Source: Octopus vulgaris
Lineage: Eukaryota
DNA: 64,000 bases
Direction: 5' to 3'
NCBI GenBank assembly: GCA_951406725.2
Contig: OX597819.1
Location: 34,410,001-34,474,000, forward strand
Numbering within the stretch: position 1 is the first letter of the stretch; each line of letters starts with the position of its first letter. The position numbers and the translations under genes were made by a program. The notes beneath the pieces were generated by a model, which worked only from the letters and a program-made list of their open reading frames with translations, did no database searches and was not told where the DNA came from. Positions 1-12,858 of the stretch are shown in pieces.

Positions 1-690
1 AGGCAATATACTTCTTTCTCAGTCCTTGAACCCCAACTCAAACAAAGCTCACAGAAAGCTGAAAAGGAAAGTGCAGACTGCTCTAAGGAAAATTAAACAG
101 GATGGTGGACTGATAGGGCAAAAGAAGCACAAGAAGCAGCTGATAGAAATGATGCCAAGGGTTTGTACTCTTATGTTAAGAAGGTATATGGCCCAAAATC
201 TTCATTAATAGCCCCAGTGAGAACAGCAAATGGACGTTTGCTTCTGACTGACACCACTTCTATTTATAAATGCTGGGTACAACATTTTTCTGCACTTTTG
301 AATAGACCATCATCTGCAGACATGAGTACAATAGAAAAACTCAAACACCTTTCAGTTATAGGAGAAATGGCATTTGAACCAACTCTAAATTACATTAATT
401 TAGCTGTGAATAAGCTGAATAGCAATAAGTCTCCAGGGTCTGATGGAATCTGTGCAGAAGTTTTGAAATATGGGGATGACAAAATGTTTGAACTCTTAAA
501 TATATTAATTTGTGACTGTTGGAGAATTGAGAAAGTACCTCAAGACTAGATTGATGCCATTTTAGTCTTCTTGTATAAATCAAGGCCAAAGGGTCTGTGT
601 GATACTTTTCATTGGATTTCGCTTGTGTCTGTCATTGGAAGGGTACTTGCCTGCATTTTATTTGGATGTTTAAATACCTTCATAGTTCCA
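1..690 (+). mobile_element. Degraded RTE-clade LINE ORF2 fragment (region preceding and entering the RT domain)
   Basis: ORFs 163-549 and 571-~690 translate to KKVYGP..WVQHFSALLNRPS..KSPGSDGICAEVLKYG..CWRIEKVPQD*..ISLVSVIGRVLACIL. These are typical non-LTR RT N-terminal motifs, broken by stops and frameshifts. Confidence 0.85.
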
Positions 691-780
691 AGTATATATA
701 TTTACATAAATACACACATGCATACATACATACATACATACATACATACATGCATACATGCATACATACATACATACATA

Positions 781-822
<42 letters not shown>

Positions 823-1026
823 TACATATATATGTATGCATATATACATACATATATATATATATACATATATATACATGTATGCTTATATATGTATATA
901 CATTCATATACGTGTGCATATGTGTGTGTGTGTGTAACCCATGCTAGTATGGAAAGCAGACGCTAAATGATGATGATGATGATGATGATATATATACATA
1001 TATAAATACATCTATATATGTATGTG

Positions 1027-1069
<43 letters not shown>

Positions 1070-1129
1070 TATATACATCTATATACGTGTATATACGCAC
1101 ACTTGTCTATCTATCTATATATATGTGTA

Positions 1130-1175
<46 letters not shown>
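691..1175. repeat. Compound (TACA)n/(TA)n/(TG)n microsatellite containing a short RTE 3' tail (~936-990, ending in (GAT)n)
   Basis: Directly visible. It represents dozens of similar arrays in the window, e.g. 4650-4732, 5900-5980, 8427-8660 and 37021-37145. Confidence 0.95.
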
Positions 1176-1180
<5 letters not shown>

Positions 1181-2330
1181 TTAAACAAAAGAAAAGTAAA
1201 AGAAAAAGAAAAGTGTTTTTTAAAAATCAATAACTGTTTTTTGATGGATGTGATTTTCAATAAGCCATCAACTAACTGCCAAAAGAAAGATCAATATTCA
1301 ATATTGTCTTGACACAGATGACAATCTCTAAAAACATTTGCGAACACCCGCTCCACTAAATCGGAACACCATAGATGATGTACTGACCAACAATCTTCTT
1401 ATATTTCTTCTTTGATGTTCAAGCAAGCACAGTAAGAGAACTTACACTTCCTGCAAAATTAATTTCAACATCATTGAGTTAAGTTAATCATCTTGAAGAT
1501 GGCATCGTTTTATCAGCACCTGTACAGAACTGATTTCTCAACTAAACACATTATCCAACAAAATCAAAATTACCAATAGGTTCTGTCAAGATTTTATATG
1601 ACCGCATTAATTACATTCTGGCCAAGGTGGCTGGATCTAGCAGAATGTACAACAGAGAACAGTACATAAAGGAACTATGAATGTAGCATGTGTTCGTGTG
1701 TGCGTGTGTGCGTGTGTGTGTGTGTGCATGCGCATGTGTATGCGTGTGTGTATGTGTGTGTGTGTGTGTGTGCACGTGTGCTCATATTTCGAGATGCATG
1801 TGTCAGTCCATGTTTATGTCTTTGACTGAATGTATGATTATGTGGGATTACATCAGCTTGTACACCAATATCGACAATATGTATGCATGTGAGAATAAAC
1901 ACAGCTCTGCATGAGTGTGTGTGTGTGTGTGTGTTTGTTTGTGTGTGTGCACATGCACATGCATGCATGTGTATGTCTGTGTGTGTAAGTGTATTGAAGT
2001 ATTAGTACATACATGGATGTGTTTGTGTGCATTTTCTCTTGGTGTAAAAATTTCCACTGGCTGAACACAACAATCAATGAAGCAGAACAAACACATAGTG
2101 AGAAATGATTCCCTTCAATCCTCAGCAATTCGCAAGTGATTTTCGAGCAATATTAACCGATATCCTGCAGAATCAGTTCACTATTGCAATACGTGCTCTT
2201 ATCATAAAGGAAAAGTGCTCATGCAGGTTTCCACACACACGTTCTCATATGCATGTGTACACACATATACATGTATATACATAAACACATACATGCATAA
2301 ATACATACAAATACACACACACACACACAC

Positions 2331-2368
<38 letters not shown>

Positions 2369-2562
2369 ACATACATAGGGTTTGAGAATGAGAAAAAGAG
2401 ATAGAGGGAGTCATACATTTTCAAAGGTTTCAATATTTGACTACCTTTGTCAGGGTTTAGATTTGTGTATATCAATATAAAATGTATGTATTTGTGATAT
2501 GTGTGTGCAGGCATGTTGTATATATACATACATACATACACACACACACAAACACACACACA

Positions 2563-2608
<46 letters not shown>

Positions 2609-2940
2609 CATATATATATATTCTTTAATTCTTTTACTTGTTTTAGTCACAAATAACTGCAGCCAAGCTGGAGCACTGCCTTAGAGGAATTTTAGTTAAA
2701 GAAATCAACACCAAGACTTATTCTTTGTAAGCACACCAACATTGGCTCACAAGCAATGGTGGGGGGGGGACAAACACAGACACAAAGACACACATGCATA
2801 CACACACACACACACACACATATATATATTATGTATATATATATATATATATAAACATTATATATTTCGTTTTTCTTGTCTCAGCTCAGAGCTGTAGCCA
2901 TGCTGATGCACCGCCGTATATATATATATATATATATATA

Positions 2941-2977
<37 letters not shown>

Positions 2978-3077
2978 GTAATATATGTGACAATTATATT
3001 ACAGATAAATTCCTCTCTTAACATAATATCGAGGTCTCATTCATTCTTTTGTTGTCATACTATTACTATTAATCATC

Positions 3078-3171
3078 CAGATAGTCTTGGCTGAAGAGCT
3101 ACAAATGGATTACTGTAAGTAATATTACATTTAATTCATTAATAGCGAAACAATTGTCCCAAAATAATCTG
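3078..3171 (+). ncRNA. Type I hammerhead ribozyme, copy 1
   Basis: Stem I TTGG/CCAA, extended by CAGAT/ATCTG. Core CTGAAGA at 3091-3097. Long stem II GCTA..AATGGATTA..TGTAA / TTACA..TAATTCATT..TAGC. GAAA at 3147-3150, palindromic stem III ACAATTGT, GUC site with cleavage after 3158. Confidence 0.9.
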
Positions 3172-3611
3172 TATTTTTGTTATTTTTTATTTGCCCTGTC
3201 CGTGTGAGCTAACAGTCGTACCGGCTTTCATGGGAAACATGTATTTTTCGTGGTTGAAACCTCTTGGATTAACTGGTGCTAGAGTGATCAATATAGTGAA
3301 CACTCTCTTATATTTATTTTATGAAAATATTATAATATGTTATAAAATATTATAATAATCCAGGTTTCTCGTAGCACTAGGCCACTTGGTGTGGAATAAA
3401 TATACTATTAAATTAGTATCTAATTCTCTCACCCTTATTAATTAATTATAATTATGCTGCATTTATTTCTAAATGCTGTATTTGTTTTCCGTGAGAGTTT
3501 GGCGCGCTGTTGGTTGGGGCATTTGAATTATAACGTCCGATGTAATCAATTGAACCGCACGCGTATTTATCGTTATGGTAAAATCTGGCGTGTGATTGAG
3601 TGGATTTCATC

Positions 3612-3705
3612 CAGATAGTCTTGGCTGAAGAGCTACAAATGGATTACTGTAAGTAATATTACATTTAATTCATTAATAGCGAAACAATTGTCCCAAAATA
3701 ATCTG
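3612..3705 (+). ncRNA. Type I hammerhead ribozyme, copy 2
   Basis: Same sequence as copy 1 shifted by 534. Predicted cleavage after 3692. Confidence 0.9.
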
Positions 3706-4145
3706 TATTTTTGTTATTTTTTATTTGCCCTGTCCGTGTGAGCTAACAGTCGTACCGGCTTTCATGGGAAACATGTATTTTTCGTGGTTGAAACCTCTTG
3801 GATTAACTGGTGCTAGAGTGATCAATATAGTGAACACTCTCTTATATTTATTTTATGAAAATATTATAATATGTTATAAAATATTATAATAATCCAGGTT
3901 TCTCGTAGCACTAGGCCACTTGGTGTGGAATAAATATACTATTAAATTAGTATCTAATTCTCTCACCCTTATTAATTAATTATAATTATGCTGCATTTAT
4001 TTCTAAATGCTGTATTTGTTTTCCGTGAGAGTTTGGCGCGCTGTTGGTTGGGGCATTTGAATTATAACGTCCGATGTAATCAATTGAACCGCACGCGTAT
4101 TTATCGTTATGGTAAAATCTGGCGTGTGATTGAGTGGATTTCATC

Positions 4146-4239
4146 CAGATAGTCTTGGCTGAAGAGCTACAAATGGATTACTGTAAGTAATATTACATTT
4201 AATTCATTAATAGCGAAACAATTGTCCCAAAATAATCTG
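4146..4239 (+). ncRNA. Type I hammerhead ribozyme, copy 3
   Basis: Same sequence as copy 1 shifted by 1068. Predicted cleavage after 4226. Confidence 0.9.
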
Positions 4240-4651
4240 TATTTTTGTTATTTTTTATTTGCCCTGTCCGTGTGAGCTAACAGTCGTACCGGCTTTCATG
4301 GGAAACATGTATTTTTCGTGGTTGAAACCTCTTGGATTAACTGGTGCTAGAGTGATCAATATAGTGAACACTCTCTTATATTTATTATATATATATATAT
4401 ATATATATATAAATATTATAAATGTATACATATATATATACATATAGGGAGAGTTTATAAAAAAAACAAAAGACGAAGACATGTGGTGTACAAAACAAAG
4501 AGATGTATTAGTATAACACTCAGGAATAGAAAAAGTCTTTTATGTTCTTAGCCTATGCTCTTCTATAGAAAGGGACACAGAAAAAACAAGCAGAGAAAAA
4601 AAATTGTGTGTAGTGGCTAACGATCTATGACCATCCCCGAATACAACAACA

Positions 4652-4735
<84 letters not shown>

Positions 4736-5896
4736 AACCCCTTTTTTCATTCTAAAGGTAAATTGATGTCTTTTAAAGATAGTGACACTAAAAATAAGGC
4801 AACTAATAGCAATACTATTTGGTTGATTATTCCTTATGGGAGGCAAATTAAATCTGATCTTCCTTTGCAGTTTCAGGAAGCTATTATTTGGAATTTTCCA
4901 AAGAATCCCAGGTATTACCCTATTATCAACTTGCACACGGTTAGGATTGGTTTTTCCAACACAAAAAACCTCTTACAAATTATCTCCTCACATAATATTA
5001 GTCTGTTGAATAACAATACATTTACCAATAATAACATTAATTTAGCTAATACCATCCATCCCCCCTAGAAATATTAATAACAAGGTTATTGTCTCTGAAG
5101 TCAATTCCAATAGAATTAAATTTATGTCAAGTAATTCTAAAATTAAAAACTCTATATACCAGTGTAAAATTACTTCAGTTACTGATGTCTTTTTTATATA
5201 GGTAGTTCTTCTTCTCAGTTATCTAAAATAATTTCTAATCATTACTCTACATTTAGGGATAGGAATAAACATAACAGTACAGGGCTTAGTAAATTAATTT
5301 GGTATCTAAAAGACAATAATAAACAATTTAATTTAATTTCATTCCTTTATGATAAAGGCGAGAAATTCTGTCTTCCCTGTAATTGTGAACTATTTTTTAT
5401 TCTTTTTTCTAAAAATCCCCTTGTAAGCACTGTTACAGAACGTGCTTACCGATGTAAACATTGGCAGAAACACGCCTTTAGTTCATATAGGTGATATCTA
5501 CCATTATATATAATTTAAAAATTGATTTTCTTCTTACATTTCACTTCCACTAGATATATCTTGTTCCAAGACTTTAGGGTTTTATTTAATTTACATATTG
5601 TTCTATACTTCTCATTTCTTTGGTTTCTGATTTTTTTCTTTCCTTTACCCTTCCTCTTTGACGTTATATCTTCTAATGTTCTTTTTTTTAAAAAAACTTA
5701 ATAACATTCAGTTCATCATTATACATATCCATCATATTCTGTTAAAATGTCTTATTGACGATATTTATTTCTCCATTTCCCTAAAGAGAAGATTACATTG
5801 CTTTACACCATTTTATTCCTTTGGAATGATACCAATGACATCTTTGAAACATGTGTTGGAAGTAAAAGAATTTGAATAACAAATGCGTTTAACTCC

Positions 5897-5900
<4 letters not shown>
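4736..5900 (+). mobile_element. Penelope-like element remnant (RT-EN linker, GIY-YIG endonuclease, 3' tail), frameshifted
   Basis: ORF 4763-5068 (IWLIIPYG..TVRIGFSNTKNLLQIISSHN). From ~5148: NSIYQCKIT..FF/YIGSSS..NHYSTF..STGLSKLIWYLKD..FCLPCNCE..RCKH, ending ~5495. Flanked by (TA)n. Confidence 0.8.
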
Positions 5901-5980
<80 letters not shown>

Positions 5981-5982
<2 letters not shown>

Positions 5983-6350
5983 TGGTTGTCTACTCCTTAT
6001 GCAGAGTTTGACCACCTTCTGTACCTACACCTTAGCACCATCATGGCATCTGATGTGGCTTTTTAAACCAGACAATGTTCTGAAAAGACACCCACATAGA
6101 TTGCACTCCTGATTTGGACCATCAAGAGCTGCCAATAAGTTCTGCTCTTTATGGATCTTGAAATGTTCATTGGTTTTGCAAAGCATTACATTCAAAGATG
6201 TGCACAGACATATAGACAGAATAGTTGGTAGAGGTTTGTTTTCCATGCATTCGCAGATAAGATTTGAAGCCAGTAAAAGACAGGCATGGTCTGTCACAGA
6301 CTGTGCACAAGAAAGGTCATTGTCATTCACCTCGATCGTTACATTCTTCC
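5981..6350 (-). mobile_element. LINE (RTE-type) 3' end encoding a C-terminal C2H2 zinc finger
   Basis: ORF 6025-6330 ends ECNLCGCLFRTLSGLKSHIRCH, resembling RTE ORF2 C-termini. It abuts (TA)n. Confidence 0.6.
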
Positions 6351-6429
6351 TAAAATCCCTCTAAGACAGTGCTCCAGCATGGCTGCATGGCTGCAGTCAT
6401 TTGTGACTGAAACATGTAAAAGAATAAAG

Positions 6430-6475
<46 letters not shown>

Positions 6476-6682
6476 ACATATATACATATATATATATATA
6501 CATATATTATATATATACATATATCATACATATATATATATATACAACGGGCTTCCTTCAGTTTCCGTCAACCAAATCTACTCACAAGGCCTGAGGCTAT
6601 AGTAGAAGTCACTTGCTTAAGGTGCCATGCAGTGGGAGTGAATCCAGAACCATGTGGCTGAGAAGCAAGCTTCTTACCACAC

Positions 6683-6731
<49 letters not shown>

Positions 6732-6732
6732 C

Positions 6733-6786
<54 letters not shown>

Positions 6787-6954
6787 CGGGCTTCTTTCAT
6801 TTCCATCTAACAAATCCACTCCCAAAGCCTTGGTCAACTCGAGACTATAGTAGAAGACACTTGCCCAAGTTGCCACACAGTGGGACTGAACCCAGAACCA
6901 TGTGGTTGGTAAGCAAGCTACTTACCACACAGGCACTCCTGCGCCTATATATAC

Positions 6955-6989
<35 letters not shown>

Positions 6990-7179
6990 CTCTAATATAA
7001 GGATAAAATATTATTCAAAAATTTTATCAGTGGCCAGCATATGAAAAATAGCTTTTAAGGTGAAAATTATACATACATAATTGTGTGTGTAAAAATATAT
7101 ATGTGTGTGTGTTTGTGTGTATAAATGTAAGTATGAATGTATATATAGATATAAGTATATAAATGTGTATATATATAAT

Positions 7180-7566
7180 TATTATTTGAGGGAATAAAAT
7201 CCAAACTTACAAGGAAAAAATTCAATTTAGAAATACTAAATCAAATTTCACACAATATAATATATATATAAAAAATTAGAAAAAATCCACCTTTTATCAA
7301 TTCAAAATGAACAATTAAATTACACCATCTAGAAAATTACGTATAATAGAAATATTAAAATTAAAATAACAATAAAATGTCAATGATTAAGTAAATTGCA
7401 AAAAATAATAATAAAAACGTATATAATAGGTAAGATAACGACACGTGTTTCATAGCTATATTTAAGAAATTATTATAGTAGTAGTAAAATCACTTCGATA
7501 TAAACATAGCCACTCATCAGGTTAAGAATAAACTAGAATAATAAAATAATTAATTAATAAATATAC

Positions 7567-7602
<36 letters not shown>

Positions 7603-7947
7603 ATACTAAATATACATAAGTGTAAAATAAAATAATACTTAAATTATTAAATACTTTAAAATTAAATAAAATACACAAAGCTAGTACAAGTCATTAAATT
7701 GTAATCAAAATAAGAAATGGTTCAAATATAGATAAGCTAACCATATAATAAATATACATGTGTAGTATCTATAGATTTAATATAACAATCTATAACAAAG
7801 TTGACTAAATATCAAATAATATAATACCTAATTAACTTAAAATTTAATATTACAAATACATAAGCCACCTAATAATAAAATAATATATTATCTGATGAAA
7901 TTAATTCTCAAATTAAATTAAATGTAATATGTTAGATCCCTTTATAA

Positions 7948-7993
<46 letters not shown>

Positions 7994-8423
7994 AAAAGAG
8001 AGAGAGAGATAAGAATTAATATCTATCGTAACTTATATCTCTCAATATATATAAAAAGATATAATAGTGAGAATAATATGTTAATGGAAAGTAAGAAAAC
8101 CTATCAACCCCAAAATTAAATTAAGGTGCAAAAATATTAGAACCAAAGAACAATACACTATGAAGATGTACAATCACAATCACCAGTCCTCTACAAAACC
8201 AGTCAACAACAATAACAATAATAACAATGATCAAACTCAAGATAATAACAAGATCTAACTAATATTGATAAACAAACTAAATTACTAAGTTCAACAATTA
8301 TGTTAATCTATCTTGATTTTTAATGTATTAATATGTTTTAGCGTCTAATTAATATACTCAATACGATTCCATTCATGAATAATACAATCAAAAATTTGAA
8401 ATAGTACAAATATACTCAAATCC

Positions 8424-8427
<4 letters not shown>
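7180..8427 (-). mobile_element. Very AT-rich Penelope-like terminal fragments between (TA)n tracts
   Basis: Contains the hammerhead at 7436-7524. Composition and (TA)n flanks resemble the other hammerhead-bearing pieces. Boundaries are approximate. Confidence 0.5.
7436..7524 (-). ncRNA. Type I hammerhead ribozyme
   Basis: Minus strand reads TAAC-CTGATGA-GTGGCTATGTTTA...TAAATATAGCTAT-GAAA-CACGT-GTC-GTTA. Stem I TAAC/GTTA, about 13-bp stem II, palindromic stem III ACACGTGT, GUC site. Confidence 0.85.
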
Positions 8428-8518
<91 letters not shown>

Positions 8519-8593
8519 CCTTCCTGTATATATATATATATATATATAACCTTCCTGTTATATATATATATATATATATATATAACCTTCCTG

Positions 8594-8631
<38 letters not shown>

Positions 8632-8699
8632 CCTTCCTGTTATATATATATATATATAAGATAAGAAAATAGTGAGATAATTTTAAAATTATCATTTAT

Positions 8700-8978
8700 T
8701 AATTTGGCAGTTTCCTGTGCTTGAGAAGACATGTCAAGACAAGTGAAATCATAGATGTGGCCAGTGCCAGTGACACATAAAAAGCCCCCATGCTGGTGAC
8801 ACATAAAAGGCACCCACTAGACTCTTGGAGTGGTTAGTGTTAGGAAGGGCATCCAGCCATGGAAACCAAGCCAAATCAGACTGGAGCGAGGTACAGCTCT
8901 CCAACTTACCAATCCCAGTCAAACTGTCTAGCCCATGGCAGTATTGAAAGCAGATGCTAAATGATGATGATGATGATA
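8700..8978 (+). mobile_element. 5'-truncated RTE 3' UTR ending in (GAT)n
   Basis: Matches the 3' UTRs of the long RTEs (AGGAAGGGCATCCAGC..CCCATG..AAAGCAGA..(GAT)n). Similar pieces at ~15770-15960(+), 16530-16800(+), 21385-21680(-), 57780-58092(+), 62316-62612(-) and 63688-64000(-). Confidence 0.8.
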
Positions 8979-9744
8979 GATAAATGACAATTATTTTCCA
9001 GCTTGTATCAAGGAAATCCACTTACAAGGGTTTGGTTAGGCTGAGGCTATTGTAAAAGACATTTGCCAAAAGTGCAATGTAATGAGATTGAACCTGGAAT
9101 GATGGAGTTGGAAAGCAAACTTCTTACCACACAGCCATATCTGTTTATATTTAAATTACAACCTCCCATCAGTCTTTTGTCAAGAGATTTTTTTGTTACC
9201 TATCCAACACCAGCTCAATAATGGATTTTAGTAAATTTCTTCAAATTCTTGATTATTTTCAAAATTAATCAAAACACAGTGCATTTCATTAAGAATATCA
9301 TTATGAAAATATTCATTTACCAAAAGAGAAATAAATGATGTTTATGGTATCACCTCTTTTACATCTGCGATTCCTGTTATTCTCTAGCACCAGTTCGTTA
9401 GTCAATTATAGCTGCTAGACACACACACACACACACACATAAAATGGTTAAAGGTGAATATACATGAATGAGTTATTTCATTTGCAACTAATACTAAAAG
9501 TTCCTCCTACATGCACACATACCTAATAAAACATCCATTGATTCTGAAAACTGTGTATGAAGCAGTAAAAGTGATTTATACAACCAATACAGTAAAGAGA
9601 ATTTTCAGTGGCACTACAGTAGACTTAGAACAACAATTAGTGGTTGAAACCAGGGAAAATAAAACACTTATATAGTAAACGTGAAAAACTAACTGAAGGC
9701 AAATGAAACTTGATAGCCATCATGTGATTTGTGTGTGTGTGTGC

Positions 9745-9775
<31 letters not shown>

Positions 9776-10244
9776 TGTGTGTGTGTGTGTGCATGTGTGT
9801 GTGTGGTATGTATTTGTGTATACATGTGCTTGTATATATGTGTGAGTGTACATACATGTACTTTTTTTTTCTTTTTTTTGCTTTTGTCCCACTTGATAAA
9901 CACATTTTCATGGTTTGTAGAAATTCATTGGAAATGAATTAAGTAAAACAGATTTTTTTTTTGTATAAAAATTCTGTTCTTGTAGTATCATGATATAATC
10001 TGACTAATTTGATTTCAAATTTAATAATACACCTTCAGAATATAGGAATAAATCAGATTGAACTAGCCACAAAGTCTGCATGTTTCTTTTTCAATCCTGT
10101 CTGTTTTCCTACTTACTAAAACTAGTCTTTGTCAATTTAACTTTGAGATCCTTTGATTCTGGTTTCTGCTTATTTGCATAAATGCCATTACAGATTCAGT
10201 TATGAGGTCGTCAGTATATAACACTTACTCCGGGTAAGTAGTTA

Positions 10245-11080
10245 TAAACTCCTCTGTAATGGTCAGGAAGACTATAATGAATAGGAGGCGAGCTGGCAGA
10301 AACGTTAGCACGCTGGGCGAAATGCGTAGCCGTATTTCGTCTGTCGTTACGTTCTGAGTTCAAATTCTGCCGAGGTCGACTTTGCCTTTCATCCTTTCGG
10401 GGTCGATAAATTAAGTACCAGTTACGCACTGGGGTCGATGTAATTGACTAAATTCCTTTGTCTGTCCTTGTTTGTCCCCTCTGTGTTTAGCCCCTTGTGG
10501 GTAGTAAAGAAATATATAATGAATAGGAGGATAGTGAGAACTAAGCCCTGATGAACTCCTATCTGCATGCTAAATTTGTCATTACTATCAGCTCTGTATA
10601 TGGCTTTCACAAGACATTCATCTGTCTCTAGCTTCCTCAGAAAACACCAAATCATAGAGTGAGGGTCACCAACAAAGGCTTTCTCCAGGTCACTGAATGC
10701 TAAGTGCAGTGGCTTACTTTTGGTTTAATATTATTACTGCAGTTACCTTAACAGAAAGAGAGCATCAGTTGTACGTTTCCTTGGCACAAAACCAAACTGC
10801 ATCTCATTTAGTCTAACACTCAACTCTCTCTCTAATTAAGTGAGCAATAATTCTTTCTGTAACTTTTATGACCTAGTCCAGCAATTTGATAGATCAGTAA
10901 TTTCCTCTCTCTAAGACTTCTTTACCTTTGCAACAGTTGACTATGGTGCTGCTACACCAGCCATTGGGTATGACACCTTGTACAACCTGAGCTAACGAAG
11001 CTGTATCCTCCGCTGCCAAAAATTTTATGCATCTCAACAGTAATACCTGAATGTCCAGGGCCTTTACTTGCATAAATTGT
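10245..11080 (-). mobile_element. Degraded RTE RT fragment interrupted by a SINE
   Basis: Similar to the 35672-37003 RT (QFGFVP.., GVHQGLVLTILLFII). The sequence resumes on the other side of the SINE. Confidence 0.8.
10287..10514 (+). mobile_element. SINE family B (GGCGAGCTGGCAGAAACGTTAG head) with target-site duplication
   Basis: TATAATGAATAGGAGG is duplicated at 10273-10288 and 10515-10530. B-box-like GAGTTCAAATTC. Central GCCTTTCATCCTTTCGGGGTCGATAAATTAAGTACC block. Confidence 0.9.
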
Positions 11081-11519
11081 TTAGGTTTAAGGTGTCATCT
11101 GATCCTTGGATGTCTTTAGTAGAGTTTACTATGTTCCAGACCTCTCAGTCCCCTCTTAGTCCTACACTTGCTGGCATTCACATTAAACAGGTGAACATTA
11201 AGCACCATATTGTGGGATGGCCTGCAGAAGTCACTAAGGTCCTGCAAAGGTCACCGAGATGAGAGAGTTTCAACGTAAGTCATGAGTACTTCCTCCTCTC
11301 CTGCAACTACCTTTATATTTTACTTGCTTCAGTCATTGGACTGCAGCCCATGCTGTAGCACTGCTTTGAAGGGTTTTAGTTGAAAAAGAAATCAACCCCA
11401 GTACTTATCTTTTTAAGTCTAGTACTTATTTTATTGGTCTCTTTTGTCAAACCACTAAGCTATGAGGACATAAACAAACTAAGATCAGTTATTAAGTAGT
11501 AGTGGGGAACAAACATGAA

Positions 11520-11562
<43 letters not shown>

Positions 11563-11682
11563 ACATACATGACAGAAACTCAATAATTCAAATTCCAAAA
11601 CCAAATGATCTGAGTTCCATTTAGTCCATGGCAAAGGCACATCACGGTCCTCCTAACATTAATAATACACATATGATAAAGC

Positions 11683-12046
11683 TGTTAACCCTGCATGCGT
11701 CAGCAAAGCTGAGTTATCGTAGTTGCTCGTCATAGTCTATTTGTCTGTGTGTTTGCAAAATCACTGGAAAACTGCTGAATGGATTTTCACCAAATTTGGT
11801 AGAAATACTCATTGGGTGAGCAGCTCAAACTCATTAAATTTTGGTTTGATTATCTTCAAAACTAGCTGACAGGTAAATCAAAACGGTTTTTTTTTTCTCT
11901 GTTACGTATACACAAATAAGCAGGGGAAATAACTCTTGATGTCATTTTGTTGAAATATGAATTCGTCTGAGAATGTATTTATTAAATTAAATTTTATCCT
12001 ATCCTTGTGTGTGCGCAAGGTATGCATCGCCCTGCCAATGCCTTTT
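11683..12046 (+). mobile_element. Helentron-associated (HINE/DINE-1-like) non-autonomous element, degraded
   Basis: 5' hairpin, short GTCT/GT microsatellite, core AACTGCTGAATGGATTTTCACCAAATTTGG and a 3' hairpin (GCATCG..AATGC). Related in layout to 48417-48783. Confidence 0.55.
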
Positions 12047-12858
12047 CCATTGTCATTGTTGTCTAATTAAGCAGACCTGTGATCCAAGATATTCCAGCAT
12101 GGGCCTTTCTATCTATTCTCTGGGTATTGTATATTTAGGAGTATACTTTTCGTTATTTCCTCTTTTATATAATAAAGTAGTGTGCAATTAGCAGAACAAT
12201 TAGCTGCTTTTTCTAACATACTTCTTCAGAGATATAGTTCAGCTAAATGCATTGGTAACACTGTGGAGTTAACTTTTACTTGTTTCAGTCATCAGATTGT
12301 GGCCATGCTGGGGCACCACCTTAAGGGGCTTTCGTTAAACAAATCTTACCAGTTCATACCTTTTAAGTCTGGTATTTATTTTATTGATCTCTCTTGTCAA
12401 CTTACTAAGTCATGGGGATGTAAACAAACCAACACCAGTTGTCAACCAGTAGGGGATTATGATGATTAACACAGATACATAGACAAAGACAAACATACAC
12501 ACATAATGCACTTCCACACACTTTCTATCTATCAAATTCACTCACAGGGAATTTGTTGCCCTGGGGCTATAGTAGAAGACACTTACCCAAGTTGTTGTGC
12601 AATGGGACTGAACTTGAAACCTCATGATTCCAAAGTCTGCTTCCTAACCACACAGCTATGCCTGCACCAATTAATTGTCCATTGATTGATAAATGTTTCA
12701 TTAATTTGTAGTGCTAAAACAAGTCCCTTCCAAAATTTAATTTAGTGAGAAAGACAGCACCATTCTCGGACATTCCCCAGTGTTACACCACATGACAAAG
12801 AAGTCTCCAGGAGCACTCTAAGAGAAAAACAGCAGCACTACCAGACTTTCCCACACTG

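Larger units (their letters stand above)
3073..4386 (+). repeat. 534-bp tandem repeat, 2.46 copies, with a hammerhead in each unit (Penelope-derived / non-LTR retrozyme-like)
   Basis: TCATCCAGATAGTCTTGGCTGAAGAG starts at 3073, 3607 and 4141. Copies appear identical in spot checks. The array ends at a (TA)n tract. Confidence 0.95.

Noticed and set aside
4535-4572. Minus-strand eroded hammerhead-like layout (TTT-CTATAGA-AGAGC..GCT..GAACAT-AAAAG)
   Set aside because: Both core boxes are mutated. It may be a relic but cannot be supported as a ribozyme.
6025-6330. C2H2 zinc-finger ORF as a host ZNF gene
   Set aside because: It has a single finger without TGEKP linkers and sits at an element end next to (TA)n, so it is better explained as a LINE ORF2 C-terminus.
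8516-8645. Four AACCTTCCTG(T) motifs spaced by (TA)n
   Set aside because: This is simple slippage amplification within a microsatellite.
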